Assembly (NCBI GenBank): GCA_963674735.2
Contig: CAXXQS010000001.1
Span: forward strand, 1,504,001-1,568,000
DNA: 64,000 nt
Origin: Myxococcota bacterium
GTDB lineage: Bacteria; Myxococcota_A; SURF-8
Direction: 5' to 3'
Part shown: in pieces, positions 1-12,032 of the stretch
Numbering within the stretch: position 1 is the stretch's first letter
Layout of the letters: every line of letters begins with the position of its first letter
Program-made: the position numbers and the translations under genes
The notes under the pieces: model-generated
Databases searched by the model: none
What the model was told of the DNA's origin: nothing
The model's input: the letters and a program-made list of their open reading frames with translations, nothing else

Positions 1-374
1 CGACGACGGCTTTCCTCTAGCCGCTTCTGCGCCTCCTCGCGCTCCCGCGCTGCGACCTCGGCGGCATTGCGCAGAGCCTCGGATTCCGCTTCCTGCCGTT
101 TTTGCTCGGCTTCGATCCGATCCGTATCCTGTTCTTGCGCACCCGCCTCGATTTCCTTGATGCGGAACATCCGTCGCGAGCCGGGGTCTTTCACAACCAC
201 GGTACCATCGGGACGATTTTCACACATGATCGAAGCCAAGGAATCTCCCTGCTCCCCGATCTGTTTCATACCGGTGCGTAAGGCCAATAACCAACTGGCC
301 GCTTCAACCTCGACCGTCATGCTCTGGGCGTCGGTACCGGGTTTCGCCGGTATGAACACTTCATAGCGTGGCAT
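1..374 (-). CDS. Hypothetical protein, N-terminal part (runs off the left edge); resembles the N-terminus of myxobacterial GAF-domain proteins, followed by a coiled coil
   Basis: Not in the ORF track. ATG at 374 with GGAGG upstream; open frame MPRYEVFIPAKPGTDAQSMTVEVEAASWLLALRTGMKQIGEQG...RMFRIKEI, then an E/R/A-rich helix to the edge. Confidence 0.75.
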   Translation of the reverse strand, partial: MPRYEVFIPAKPGTDAQSMTVEVEAASWLLALRTGMKQIGEQGDSLASIMCENRPDGTVVVKDPGSRRMFRIKEIEAGAQEQDTDRIEAEQKRQEAESEALRNAAEVAAREREEAQKRLEESRR

Positions 375-562
375 GGTGTCCCTCCAAGACGATGACATTG
401 CGTGTTTCGACCCATTCTTGATCTACCATTTTTAGCAAAAATGGCGCGGAAAGTCAAAATAGAAACGGACTCCGCCCCCTTCCCGCATTCTTTGAACCAC
501 CCGGAATATCCTCACTTTCCATGCGGTTAAACAGATTATGGCAAACCTGACACGCACGGTAA

Positions 563-591
563 TTGTCCTTGCGCGCCTCCTGGAGTATAAT
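563..591 (+). promoter_or_regulatory. Sigma70-type promoter
   Basis: TTGTCC-N17-TATAAT upstream of AAAGGAG and the GTG at 621. Confidence 0.5.
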
Positions 592-620
592 GCCTTTTCC
601 CAAAGAAAGGAGCCGCCGAC

Positions 621-1556
621 GTGACATCCCACACCCAAAATTCCGATCGACCCGTGCAAAATCGAATGCCGACCCTGATTCTGTTTATTTTCGGCGTGGC
701 GCTTTGTCTTATCGGTCTTTCGGGCGCATGGCGTACCGCCCCCGACTTCAACCAGCCCGCCGTCGTGCTCGACGCCGCCATCCCGATCACCGATACTATT
801 TTTCCACCCGACACGGAGACAAACACTCCCGTCGCCGTAACCGGGGTTATGCAGGCCATAACCCCGATAGCCGATCCGGCCATGATGGCCAATTTTCACC
901 ACCTCGCGCTCAAACGCAAAGTGGAATGCTACGCCTGGCACGAAACCGAACTCGATCCGTCCCAATGGCCCAGCCCGGATTGCGCGTTCAAAGATCGCTT
1001 CAAGCACGAATTGAAATGGACAACCAAGCCCGTTCCCTGGCGAGAATTGAAAGTCTGGCCCGGCCATGAATATCGCAAGCCAGCCGTGCAATCGGACAAT
1101 TTCCGCGTTCAAAACCCGGTCGTGGGTCGTTTCCTGATCCGGGGCATGCCCGATGCCGACCTCTATGGCTGGGAATCCATCAAAGGAAGGGGAGATCTTT
1201 GCACCGCCGATGCTTCTCATTGCGACGATCGCTACATTTACATTCGCTATCACGCCGGTTTCGATAATCAGCCCGGTGACTTACGCTTTTCTTACGAGGG
1301 CATTTCCATCGGGGATGATCGCGTGTTTACGGTTCTCGGCACACGCACAGAAAACGAAATAGTTCCCTTTATACGCCCGGACGGACTTCCCCTATTGATC
1401 ATCGCACCCGGCAATCTCGACGATATGCGCGCGTTTTTGCCGCCCCTGCCGTTTCCCTGGCGCAAGGTCTTTATCGGTGTGGGTGTACTTGGCTTGCTTA
1501 CAATGCTGTGTTCCCTGTTCGGTTTGCGCCGCAGAACGCCACCTCCTAAAAGATAG
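621..1556 (+). CDS. TMEM43 (DUF1625)-like membrane protein
   Basis: N- and C-terminal TM helices; LKRKVECYAWHE and PGDLRFSY...FTVLG resemble TMEM43 motifs. Confidence 0.55.
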   Translation: MTSHTQNSDRPVQNRMPTLILFIFGVALCLIGLSGAWRTAPDFNQPAVVLDAAIPITDTIFPPDTETNTPVAVTGVMQAITPIADPAMMANFHHLALKRKVECYAWHETELDPSQWPSPDCAFKDRFKHELKWTTKPVPWRELKVWPGHEYRKPAVQSDNFRVQNPVVGRFLIRGMPDADLYGWESIKGRGDLCTADASHCDDRYIYIRYHAGFDNQPGDLRFSYEGISIGDDRVFTVLGTRTENEIVPFIRPDGLPLLIIAPGNLDDMRAFLPPLPFPWRKVFIGVGVLGLLTMLCSLFGLRRRTPPPKR

Positions 1557-1617
1557 AGCTTATCTATCCGTTATTATTTGATTTTTTAATTCCGCCCAAG
1601 CACCTCGACAAAAATCC

Positions 1618-1646
1618 TTGACACTCAAACGACCGCTTGCTATAAG
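1618..1646 (+). promoter_or_regulatory. Sigma70 promoter of the merR/acyl-CoA operon
   Basis: TTGACA(1618-1623)-N17-TATAAG(1641-1646). Confidence 0.65.
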
Positions 1647-1649
1647 TTA

Positions 1650-1671
1650 TGCCAGTTAACGTGCACTGGCA
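1650..1671. promoter_or_regulatory. Palindromic operator candidate
   Basis: TGCCAGT-ta-ACGT-gc-ACTGGCA overlapping the predicted +1. Confidence 0.45.
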
Positions 1672-1687
1672 AATGAGCAGCAAAACG

Positions 1688-2071
1688 ATGGAAAAAGATC
1701 AATCTATCTCCTATGCGATCGGTGAGTTGGCAGACCTGGCAGGGACCAGTTCACGTACGATCCGCTACTACGAAGAAATCGGCTTGCTCGACCCGCCCGC
1801 CAGACGCAGTAATCGTCGTTTCTACACGGACTCCGACCTTCGCCGCCTCAAGTTCATCCAGCGCCTCAAGTTGCTAGGCCTTTCTCTGGCCGAAATGCGA
1901 GAACTCAAAGAAATCTACGCGATCCACAAGTCCAACCGACACGTACTACTCCGAGTGAAGGAACTTCTCGACGATAATTTGAACAAGATCGATCGAAACC
2001 TTGACGACTTAAGAAAGCTGCGAGGAGAAATCAGCTCTTATCAGCAGCGTATCGATGACAAGTTAAAGTAG
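1688..2071 (+). CDS. MerR-family transcriptional regulator (LiuR-like context)
   Basis: YAIGELADLAGTSSRTIRYYEEIGLL HTH. ATG 1649 lies upstream of the predicted +1, so 1673 or 1688 is the likelier start. Confidence 0.9.
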   Translation: MEKDQSISYAIGELADLAGTSSRTIRYYEEIGLLDPPARRSNRRFYTDSDLRRLKFIQRLKLLGLSLAEMRELKEIYAIHKSNRHVLLRVKELLDDNLNKIDRNLDDLRKLRGEISSYQQRIDDKLK

Positions 2072-2101
2072 TACTCGAACATTAAAATCAAGGAGATTAC
2101 T

Positions 2102-3286
2102 ATGCGTAACGTCGTAATCGTCGCAGCCGCACGCACGCCGGTGGGCGTTTTTCTGGGTTCGCTGTCGGCCGTCAAAGCCGTCAAACTGGGCAGCATCGCC
2201 ATCAGCTCCGTCATCGAACGCGCCGGAATCAAACCGGAGCAAGTGGAGCAGGTCATCATGGGCAACGTGCTCATGGGTGGACTCGGCCAGGCTCCCGGAC
2301 GTCAGGCGGCGCTGGGTGCCGGGATCCCCGCATCCGTCCCCTGCCTCACCGTCAACAAGGTGTGTGGGTCGGGCCTGAAGACCGTTCAACTCGGCGCCAA
2401 CGAAATCATGCTCGGTAACGCCGACATCATCGTGGCGGGCGGCATGGAAAGCATGACCAACGCGCCCTTCGCCTTGCCGAAAGCCCGTACCGGTTATCGC
2501 ATGTCGATGCCTAAAGGCGACATCATCGATCTGATGGTGCACGACGGTCTGTGGGATCCTTACAACAATTCGCATATGGGCGGTTTCGCCGATCTGTGCG
2601 CCAAGGAAAAAGGCTTCGAACGCGAAGAACTCGATGCCTTCGCCGCGCGTTCATTCGAAAAAGCCATTGCCGCGCAGAAAAACGGCTGGTTCAAGGACGA
2701 AATCACCCCGGTCGAGATTCAAGGCCGCAAGGGCGAGGTGACGGTCGTCGATCAGGACGAAAACCCCGGCAAGGTGAAGTTCGACAAAATTCCCAAGCTC
2801 AAGCCGGTGTTCAACTCCGACGGCGTCACCACCGCCGCCAATGCCTCCTCGATCAACGACGGCGCAGCCGCGGTCGTGCTGATGTCGGAAGAAAAAGCCA
2901 AGGAACTGGGCCTGAAGCCCATGGCGCGCATCGTTTCCTACGGTGAAGCCGCCGAAGAACCGCAATGGTTCACCATCGCCCCCGCCGGAGCGATGAAAGT
3001 GGCTTTCGAACGTGCCGGGATGGACGTAAAGGACATCGACCTGTTCGAAATCAACGAAGCTTTCGCGGTGGTCACCAAGTACGCCATGCGCGAATTCGAC
3101 ATCCCCGAAGAAAAGGTGAACATCCACGGCGGCGCAGTGGCTCTGGGCCACCCCATCGGCGGATCGGGCTGCCGCTTGCTGGTGACGCTTCTGCATGCGA
3201 TGAAGAATAAACAGGCCAAAACCGGTTTGGTGACCCTGTGCATCGGCGGCGGTGAAGCCAACGCCATGATCATCGAAGCCCTGTAA
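2102..3286 (+). CDS. Acetyl-CoA C-acetyltransferase (thiolase)
   Basis: NKVCGSG, NEAFA, GHPIG, CIGGG: all catalytic motifs present. Confidence 0.95.
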   Translation: MRNVVIVAAARTPVGVFLGSLSAVKAVKLGSIAISSVIERAGIKPEQVEQVIMGNVLMGGLGQAPGRQAALGAGIPASVPCLTVNKVCGSGLKTVQLGANEIMLGNADIIVAGGMESMTNAPFALPKARTGYRMSMPKGDIIDLMVHDGLWDPYNNSHMGGFADLCAKEKGFEREELDAFAARSFEKAIAAQKNGWFKDEITPVEIQGRKGEVTVVDQDENPGKVKFDKIPKLKPVFNSDGVTTAANASSINDGAAAVVLMSEEKAKELGLKPMARIVSYGEAAEEPQWFTIAPAGAMKVAFERAGMDVKDIDLFEINEAFAVVTKYAMREFDIPEEKVNIHGGAVALGHPIGGSGCRLLVTLLHAMKNKQAKTGLVTLCIGGGEANAMIIEAL

Positions 3287-3297
3287 AGGAGAAGAGC

Positions 3298-4143
3298 ATG
3301 ATTGAGACCATTGCCGTTATCGGCGCAGGCCAGATGGGTCGAGGGATCGTGCAAGTGGCCGCCACGGCGGGTTATAAAGTTCTGTTGCTCGACATCAATC
3401 AGAACTTGGTGGACGGCGGGATCGCGTTCATCGATAAAATGCTGGCACGTGCCGTCTCCAAAGGTAAGCTGGACGACGCAGCCAAAGCGACCATCATGGG
3501 ACGGATCGACGGCGTCACCGATTACGCCCGGCTCGAAAACGCCGACCTGGCCGTGGAAGCCGCCACCGAGAATCCCGAACTGAAGCGCAAAATCTTCACC
3601 CAGCTCGATGCCTCGCTCAAGCCCGGTGCGATTTTGGCCACCAATACATCGTCCATTTCCATCACCTGGATCGCCGCCGCCACCAAACGGCCCGATCAGG
3701 TGATCGGGATGCACTTCATGAACCCGGTTCCGGTGATGAAGCTCGTTGAAATCATTCGCGGTCTCGCCACCGACGACGCCACCTTCCAGGCCACGAAAGA
3801 GGCCTCGGAGAAGATGGGCAAAACCATCGCGGAAGCGGCCGACTATCCGGGCTTTGTGGTCAACCGCATCCTGATGCCGATGATCAACGAAGCTTTTTAT
3901 GCGCTGATGGAAGGCGTGGGAACGCCCGAAGCCATCGATACCGGCATGAAACTCGGCACCAACCAGCCCATGGGACCGCTCGAACTGGCGGACTTGGTCG
4001 GTCTGGACACCTGCCTGGCCATCATGACGGTGCTCAACGACGGCCTGGGCGACAGCAAGTACCGCCCTTGCCCGCTTCTGCGCAAATACGTGGACGCCGG
4101 GCGGCTGGGTCGCAAGACCGGCCAGGGCGTATACGCATACTGA
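3298..4143 (+). CDS. hbd: 3-hydroxybutyryl-CoA dehydrogenase
   Basis: GAGQMG, EAATEN, TNTSS, GMHFMNP, PMGP...DLVGLD. Confidence 0.93.
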   Translation: MIETIAVIGAGQMGRGIVQVAATAGYKVLLLDINQNLVDGGIAFIDKMLARAVSKGKLDDAAKATIMGRIDGVTDYARLENADLAVEAATENPELKRKIFTQLDASLKPGAILATNTSSISITWIAAATKRPDQVIGMHFMNPVPVMKLVEIIRGLATDDATFQATKEASEKMGKTIAEAADYPGFVVNRILMPMINEAFYALMEGVGTPEAIDTGMKLGTNQPMGPLELADLVGLDTCLAIMTVLNDGLGDSKYRPCPLLRKYVDAGRLGRKTGQGVYAY

Positions 4144-4301
4144 CCATTTGAAAACGCGGCCCGATTGGCTGCTTGCAGAAATGACCGACTGATCGACTCT
4201 GTTATTCTGTTTTGATTGTGTTGACGCGCATCACATTTTGGACCTGTAACCGCGGTCGCCGTTTTTGGACGGCGCACCGCCCCTTTGCTCAGGAGGTGAC
4301 T

Positions 4302-5123
4302 GTGAGCTACCGGAATATCCTGTTCGAAAAACGTGACACCATCGCTATCCTTACCGTGAACCGCACCGCTGCCCTCAATGCTCTGAATCTCGACACGCTC
4401 ACCGAAATGCGTTCCGCCGTGGCCGACATCGCGAACGATTCCGCCATTCGCGTGCTGATCATCACCGGCGCGAAAGACCAGCCCGTCGAAGGCAAGCGTC
4501 CCAAACCGGCTGCATTCGTTGCCGGAGCCGACATCGTGCTGATGAGCAAGATGCCCGTGCAGGGCGGCGACGAAGCCAAAGGCTTTGTGGAAACCGGCCA
4601 AGAGCTGATGAACGACCTCGGCAAACTGTCGATTCCCGTCATCGCGGCGGTGGACGGCTTCGCATTAGGCGGCGGCACCGAGCTGGCCATTTCCTGCGAC
4701 ATCATCTACGCCAGCGACCGCTCGCAGTTCGGCCAGCCGGAAGTCAAGCTGGGGCTCATTCCCGGTTTCGGCGGCACCCAGCGTCTGGCGCGCCTGATCG
4801 GCAAAAACATGGCGAAAGAACTCATCTATACCGGCGACATCATCGACGCCGCACGCGCCAAGGAAATCGGATTGGTCAACAAAGTGACGACACCCGAAAC
4901 CTTGATGGACGAGGTGATGGGACTCGCCAAGCGCATCATCGCCTGCGCGCCCTTGGCCGTCGGCGCCAGCAAAAAAGCCATCGACGACGGTTTCAACAAG
5001 GAACTCGATGCAGGTAACCGAATCGAGCTCGAAAATTTCTACGCCAGCTTCAACACCCACGACCGGGTGGAGGGCACCAACGCGTTCGTTGAAAAACGGA
5101 AGCCCGAATTCAAGGGCAACTGA
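4302..5123 (+). CDS. crt: Enoyl-CoA hydratase (crotonase)
   Basis: [32 protein letters not shown]; GTG 4302 follows AGGAGG. Confidence 0.9.
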   Translation: MSYRNILFEKRDTIAILTVNRTAALNALNLDTLTEMRSAVADIANDSAIRVLIITGAKDQPVEGKRPKPAAFVAGADIVLMSKMPVQGGDEAKGFVETGQELMNDLGKLSIPVIAAVDGFALGGGTELAISCDIIYASDRSQFGQPEVKLGLIPGFGGTQRLARLIGKNMAKELIYTGDIIDAARAKEIGLVNKVTTPETLMDEVMGLAKRIIACAPLAVGASKKAIDDGFNKELDAGNRIELENFYASFNTHDRVEGTNAFVEKRKPEFKGN

Positions 5124-5164
5124 TTACCAAGTACAAGCCGGATTCGCGACCTCAGGAGGACAGC

Positions 5165-6340
<1,176 letters not shown>

Positions 6341-6357
6341 CAGATGGAAAGGATGCC

Positions 6358-7503
6358 ATGCGATTCGAACTGACTGAGCAACAGCAGATGATCCGGGACA
6401 TGGTCCGCGACTACGCCCGGAACGAATTGGCTCCCAAAGCCCAGTGGCGCGACGAAAACGCCGTTTATCCGGTCGAGGAATACCGCGAAATGGCGCGATT
6501 GGGTCTCTTGGGGATGAACATCCCCGAATCGCATGGCGGCGCAGCCGTGGGAGTTTTACCCTACTCTCTGGCCGTGACGGAAATATCGAAAGCCGATGCC
6601 TCGGTGGCGGTGGGGATGGCGGTGACCAACATGGTGGCCGAAGCCGTCCTCACCTTCGCCCCCGAGCATCTCGCTAAAAAATATGTTCCGTTTATCACTT
6701 CCGGCGAGGCCATCGCCGGAGCCTTCGCTTTAACGGAACCCGCCAGCGGCAGCGACGCCGGGTCTTTACGCACCACTGCCGACCGCGACGGCGACTTCTG
6801 GGTGCTCAACGGCACCAAACAGTTCATCACCTCCGCCGATCACGCCGGGGTTTTCGTCGTCTGGGCGCGTACCGATCGCTCGCGCAAGGACGCCGGTGGC
6901 GTATCCGCCTTTCTGGTTCCCGCCGGAACGCCGGGACTTTTGCTCGGCAAAAAAGAGAAGAAAATGGGGCTGTGCGGGTCGTCTACCCTAGAAGTGGTGT
7001 TCGACCAATGCCGCATCCCGGCCGACCACCTCATGGGAGAACTGAATCGCGGTTTCCGGGTCGCCATGATGGCGCTCGACGGCGGACGTATCGGCGTGGC
7101 CTCCCAGGCGCTCGGCATCGGCTGGGCAGCGCTCGAAGCCGCCCGCGATTACGCTTTGGAACGCCGTCAATTCGGCCATCCCATCTCCGACTTCCAGGCC
7201 ATCCAGTGGAAATTGGCCGATATGGGAACCGAACTCGAAGCCGCGCGCCTGCTCACTTTGCGGGCGGCCACATTGAAAGACGCCAAAAGGCGTTTCACGC
7301 GCGAAGCCTCCATGGCCAAGTTATTCTCCACCGAAGCGGCCAACCGGGCCTGCGGTGAGGCCGTGCAGATTCACGGCGGCTATGGATACGTCAAGGATTA
7401 CCCGGTGGAACGCTATTACCGGGATTGTAAAGTCACCACTGTTTACGAAGGCAGCAGCGAAGTCCAACGCGTGGTCATCGCGCGGGAGATTCTGTCTGTC
7501 TAA
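6358..7503 (+). CDS. Acyl-CoA dehydrogenase (short/branched chain)
   Basis: [32 protein letters not shown]. Confidence 0.93.
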   Translation: MRFELTEQQQMIRDMVRDYARNELAPKAQWRDENAVYPVEEYREMARLGLLGMNIPESHGGAAVGVLPYSLAVTEISKADASVAVGMAVTNMVAEAVLTFAPEHLAKKYVPFITSGEAIAGAFALTEPASGSDAGSLRTTADRDGDFWVLNGTKQFITSADHAGVFVVWARTDRSRKDAGGVSAFLVPAGTPGLLLGKKEKKMGLCGSSTLEVVFDQCRIPADHLMGELNRGFRVAMMALDGGRIGVASQALGIGWAALEAARDYALERRQFGHPISDFQAIQWKLADMGTELEAARLLTLRAATLKDAKRRFTREASMAKLFSTEAANRACGEAVQIHGGYGYVKDYPVERYYRDCKVTTVYEGSSEVQRVVIAREILSV

Positions 7504-7526
7504 CACCAGGTTGTGAGGTTATCACG

Positions 7527-9215
7527 ATGAGCCGCTTATACAGCAAAGACGCCCTTCAGGCGATCATCGAGCAAAAAGAAAAATGGACCGTCGACGAACT
7601 GGCGGCGGTATTGAATAAACGTCCCGAGATTCGGGAACGCTTTACCACACTATCCGATGTTCCCGTGGAGCGCGTTTATTCTCCCGACGACGTGGCCGAT
7701 CTCGATTACGAACGTGATCTGGGCATGCCGGGCCAATATCCCTTCACACGCGGGATTCAACCCACCATGTACCGGGGGCGTTTGTGGACCATGCGCCAGT
7801 TCGCCGGTTTCGGCACCCCGGAAGATACCAACGCACGCTATCACTACCTGTTGAAGAACGGGCAGACCGGCTTGTCGGTAGCCTTCCACTACCCGACCTT
7901 GATGGGCTACGACTCCGATTCTCCGCGTAGTCGCGGTGAAGTGGGCAAATGCGGCGTGGCGATCGACACCTTGCGCGATATGGAAGTCCTATTCGACGGC
8001 ATCCCGCTCGACAAAATCACGACCTCCATGACCATCAACCCTCCGGCCTCCATTTTACTGGCCATGTATTTGGTCGTGGCTGAAAAACAGGGCGTTCCCT
8101 GGGATCGCGTGGGCGGCACCTGCCAGAACGACATTCTGAAAGAATACATCGCCCAGAAGTCCTGGATTTTCCCGCCCCACCCTTCCCTGCGATTGATCAC
8201 CGATATGATCGGTTTCGCGACGGAACACGTCCCGCGCTGGAACACGATCTCCATTTCGGGCTATCACATTCGCGAGGCGGGCAGCACCGCCGCACAGGAA
8301 TTGGCCTTCACCCTGGCCGACGGCATCGGGTACGTACAGGCCTGCGTGGATGCCGGGTTGGACGTAGACAGCTTCGCCGGACGTCTCTCTTACTTCTTCA
8401 ATTCACACAACGATTTCCTGGAGGAAGTCGCCAAGTTCCGCGCCGCCCGGCGTATGTGGGCGCGCATCATGCGGGAGCGCTTCAAGGCAAAGAACCCTCG
8501 TTCCTGGATGTGCCGTTTCCACACCCAAACCGCCGGTTGCAGCCTGACCGCCCAGCAACCGTACATCAATGTGGTCCGGACCACCGTCCAGGCCATGGCG
8601 GCCGTTTTAGGCGGCACCCAGTCGTTGCACACCAATTCCCTCGACGAAACCCTGGCGCTGCCCACCGAGCAGGCCGTGACCATCGCGCTGCGGACCCAGC
8701 AGATCATCGCCGAAGAATCGGGTCTCGCCAACACGATCGATCCCCTGGGTGGCAGCTACGCCGTCGAGGCCATGACCAACCGCATCGAGCAGGAAGCCTG
8801 GGATTACATCGGCAAAATCGACGAAATGGGCGGCATCATTCCCGCCATCGAGAACGGCTTCCCCCAAAAGGAAATCGCCGATGCCGCCTACAAATACCAA
8901 CGACAGCTTGAAACCGGCGACAAACATATGGTCGGCGTGACGAAATACGTCACCGAGGACGACCCGGGCATTCCGACGCTTTATATCGATGAGATGAAAG
9001 AAACAGAACAAGTCGCCAACCTGCAGAAGGTGAAAGCCGAACGCGATCCGGTCGCCGTGGCGCGTCATATCGAGATTTTGCGCAAGGCGGCCGAAAGCGG
9101 CGAGAACACCATGCCGCATATCATCAATGCCGTGCGCGATTATGTGTCGTTGCAGGAAATCTGCGACGCTTTCCGGTCCGTTTTCGGCGAGTACAAAGAC
9201 CCGGCCTATATTTAG
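7527..9215 (+). CDS. icmA: B12-dependent acyl-CoA mutase large subunit, isobutyryl-CoA mutase type
   Basis: MCM fold with RQFAGF (Phe at the Tyr89 position) and KEYIAQK (Gln at the Arg207 position). Confidence 0.8.
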   Translation: MSRLYSKDALQAIIEQKEKWTVDELAAVLNKRPEIRERFTTLSDVPVERVYSPDDVADLDYERDLGMPGQYPFTRGIQPTMYRGRLWTMRQFAGFGTPEDTNARYHYLLKNGQTGLSVAFHYPTLMGYDSDSPRSRGEVGKCGVAIDTLRDMEVLFDGIPLDKITTSMTINPPASILLAMYLVVAEKQGVPWDRVGGTCQNDILKEYIAQKSWIFPPHPSLRLITDMIGFATEHVPRWNTISISGYHIREAGSTAAQELAFTLADGIGYVQACVDAGLDVDSFAGRLSYFFNSHNDFLEEVAKFRAARRMWARIMRERFKAKNPRSWMCRFHTQTAGCSLTAQQPYINVVRTTVQAMAAVLGGTQSLHTNSLDETLALPTEQAVTIALRTQQIIAEESGLANTIDPLGGSYAVEAMTNRIEQEAWDYIGKIDEMGGIIPAIENGFPQKEIADAAYKYQRQLETGDKHMVGVTKYVTEDDPGIPTLYIDEMKETEQVANLQKVKAERDPVAVARHIEILRKAAESGENTMPHIINAVRDYVSLQEICDAFRSVFGEYKDPAYI

Positions 9216-9225
9216 GAGAACAACC

Positions 9226-9651
9226 ATGAGCAACACAGCCAAAATCCGCGTAATGGTCGCGAAACCGGGCCTGGACGGTCACGATCGCGGCGCAAAAGTG
9301 GTGGCGCGTGCGCTACGCGACGCCGGTTTCGAGGTGATCTACACCGGCCTGCATCAAACGCCCGAAATGATCGTCTCAGCAGCCGTACAGGAAGATGTGG
9401 ACTTCATCGGCCTGTCGGTCATGTCCGGCGCACACATGTACCTATTTCCGCGTCTGCTAGACCTTCTGAAAGAGAAGAATGCCAGCGATATCATCGTGTT
9501 CGGCGGCGGCATCGTCCCGGACGACGACAAGGAAAAGCTATACAAAGCCGGAGTGGCGGCGCTGTTCACTCCGGGCGCCCGTACACAAGATATCATCGAG
9601 TTTGTCCGGAATACGTTCCAAACCAAGGACAAAAATGTGTCGAATTCCTGA
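9226..9651 (+). CDS. Cobalamin-binding small subunit of acyl-CoA mutase
   Basis: [21 protein letters not shown]; ATG 9226 follows AGGAG. Confidence 0.92.
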   Translation: MSNTAKIRVMVAKPGLDGHDRGAKVVARALRDAGFEVIYTGLHQTPEMIVSAAVQEDVDFIGLSVMSGAHMYLFPRLLDLLKEKNASDIIVFGGGIVPDDDKEKLYKAGVAALFTPGARTQDIIEFVRNTFQTKDKNVSNS

Positions 9652-9680
9652 TACTCAACGGCCACAAGAGGAGGGAATGC

Positions 9681-10829
9681 ATGAAACGAGTGGCGATTGT
9701 GGGAATGGGGCAAGCCGGTTTCTCCCCCACCACTCCCGGGGTTTCGTACCGGGAACTCGTCTTCGAAGCTGCCGTCAAAGCTTACGAAGAGGCAGGGGTT
9801 ACACCGGCGGACATCGGCGGATTTGTAACGGCGGCTGAAGACTTCTGGGAGGGTTACAGCATCGCCGACGAGTACTGCAACGACCAGCTGGGCGCGATTT
9901 TGAAATCGGTCCAGACGGTCCCCGGCGATTTCGTTCATGCGTTGGCCACCGGATTCATGATGATCCGCGCGGGCCTGTTCGACTTGGTGGCGATCGAGTC
10001 GCACAGCAAGATTTCGAATGTCAAAACGCAGGATGACATCAAGTCATTCGCCCTCGATCCGGTGCTCTTGCGTCCGCTCGGACAGAGTGTGCACATGATC
10101 GACGGCCTGGAAATGAACCGCTACCTGTATTCCAGCGGCAACACCCGCGAACAATGCGCACGCGTGGTGACCGAAGCACGTCGGGCGGCACTTGAGAACC
10201 CGCTCGCCTCCTATGGCGCCGCACTCGACATCGAAGACGTACTGATGTCCGATCCGGTCGCCTGGCCCGTCTGTCGCATGGATGTCGCCAACAACGCCGA
10301 TGGCTGCGTAGTGGCGGTCCTGGCGGCGGAGGATGCCGTCCCGCATCTGGCCGGTCAACCGATCTGGATCGATGGCCTGGCCTGGCATTCCGATTCACCG
10401 AATCTGGACACACGCGATCTCGACACCTGCCTGGCGACACGTTTATCGGCCGAGAAAGCTTACAAAATGGCTGGTGTAACGTCTCCGCTGGACAGTATCG
10501 ACCTGTTTGAAATCTCCGATTCCATCTCCTTCAAAGCGCTCAAGCACGCCGAAGCACTCAAGTTGTGTACGGAAGGTGCGGCGGGCGCTCTGTTTGATTC
10601 GGGTGAATTCGGTCCGCGCGGAGCCATTCCGATCAACCCATCCGGCGGCGAGCTGGGAGTGGGACATATGATCGAGGCCTCCGGCGGTCACAAGACCCTG
10701 GAAGTGGTGAATCAGTTGCGCGGGGTGGCAGGCAAGCACCAGATCAAAGACGCCGAATGCGGCCTCGTACAGATCTGGCGCGGGGCTCCATCAACCAGTT
10801 GCGCTGTGATGATTCTAAGAAACAGCTAA
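9681..10829 (+). CDS. Thiolase-fold protein (SCP2/Ltp4-like) lacking the nucleophilic Cys
   Basis: VAIVGMG, DGCVVAVLA, INPSGGELGVGH; VPGDF where CxSG is expected. Confidence 0.75.
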   Translation: MKRVAIVGMGQAGFSPTTPGVSYRELVFEAAVKAYEEAGVTPADIGGFVTAAEDFWEGYSIADEYCNDQLGAILKSVQTVPGDFVHALATGFMMIRAGLFDLVAIESHSKISNVKTQDDIKSFALDPVLLRPLGQSVHMIDGLEMNRYLYSSGNTREQCARVVTEARRAALENPLASYGAALDIEDVLMSDPVAWPVCRMDVANNADGCVVAVLAAEDAVPHLAGQPIWIDGLAWHSDSPNLDTRDLDTCLATRLSAEKAYKMAGVTSPLDSIDLFEISDSISFKALKHAEALKLCTEGAAGALFDSGEFGPRGAIPINPSGGELGVGHMIEASGGHKTLEVVNQLRGVAGKHQIKDAECGLVQIWRGAPSTSCAVMILRNS

Positions 10830-10846
10830 GAAAGGAGAGACCGGGG

Positions 10847-12016
10847 ATGAAACCACGCAGAGTTGCGATCATCGGCGCCGGGATCACCAAGTTCGTCCGG
10901 CGCGCGCAAGAAACCGGCAAGGAACTAGCCTGGCAAGCTTCGAAAATGGCCCTCGACAGTTGCGGTATGGAACTCGACCGCATCGAATCGGTGACCATGG
11001 GAACGGCACCCGACGCCTTCGATGGTGTCCACATGAAAGCGGAGTATCTTTGCGATGGTTCGGGCGGAAAGCTCAAGCCATACATGAGAAATTTCGTCGG
11101 CGGAGGAACGGGTGTTTTTGCCCCGATCCACGGCTATTTTCATATTGCCTCCGGGATGTACGACACCTGCATGGTGGTCTGTTCCGAAAAGATGTCGAGC
11201 GCCTACCCGCATCCGCAGGGCGCGTTCCTCACCATTTTCGACCACACCACCGAGCAACCGCTCAAACCGACCCTGATCTGGATCTTCGCCTTGGAGATGC
11301 AGCGTTATATGCACGAGAACGGCATCAAGAAGGAAGACATTGCGGCCGTATCGGTCAATAACAAGCGCAATGCTCTGGCACATCCGGCGGCGCAGATCCC
11401 GCAGGATCTGACCCTCGATGACGTGATGAATTCCGAGGTGCTGGTCGATCCCGTCCACCGCCTCGACATCAGTCCGGCCTCGGACGGCGCGTGTGCGCTG
11501 ATTCTGGCCAGCGAGCATGTGGCCCGCCGTTACACCGATAAGCCGGTGTTCCTCGACGGGCTGGGCTTTCAGCTCGACACGGCCTACTGGGCCACGCGCG
11601 ACCTGAAATATCCGCGCTATGTGGAAAAAGCGGCGCGGCAGGCTTACGACATGGCGGGCATCAAGAACCCCATGAAAGAAATCGACCTCGCCGAGCCTTA
11701 CGATCCCTTCAATTACAAGATGTTGCATCACCTTGAAGGTCTGCAGCTCGCTCCACGCGGCAAAGCGGCCGACCTGTTCCGGGAAGGTTTCTACCTGCGC
11801 GACGGCGGCCAGATTCCGGCTTGTCCCTCCGGCGGCGCGCTGGGGGTCGGCAATCCCATCGCCGCAACCGGCTTGATGAAGGTGGCGGAATTGTTCTGGC
11901 AATTACGTGGCGAAGCGGGCGATCGTCAGATCAAAGGAAACCCCAAAACCGGTGTCGCACAAGCCTGGGGCGACCTGATGCAGGTCGGAACCGTGCTCGT
12001 GTGCCGCAATTACTGA
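10847..12016 (+). CDS. Thiolase-fold protein (SCP2/Ltp3-like) lacking the nucleophilic Cys
   Basis: APDAFDG, FVGGGTG in place of CASG, SDGACA, EPYDPF, PSGGALGVGNPIAATG. Confidence 0.78.
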   Translation: MKPRRVAIIGAGITKFVRRAQETGKELAWQASKMALDSCGMELDRIESVTMGTAPDAFDGVHMKAEYLCDGSGGKLKPYMRNFVGGGTGVFAPIHGYFHIASGMYDTCMVVCSEKMSSAYPHPQGAFLTIFDHTTEQPLKPTLIWIFALEMQRYMHENGIKKEDIAAVSVNNKRNALAHPAAQIPQDLTLDDVMNSEVLVDPVHRLDISPASDGACALILASEHVARRYTDKPVFLDGLGFQLDTAYWATRDLKYPRYVEKAARQAYDMAGIKNPMKEIDLAEPYDPFNYKMLHHLEGLQLAPRGKAADLFREGFYLRDGGQIPACPSGGALGVGNPIAATGLMKVAELFWQLRGEAGDRQIKGNPKTGVAQAWGDLMQVGTVLVCRNY

Positions 12017-12032
12017 GGAAAGGAGCTGAATC

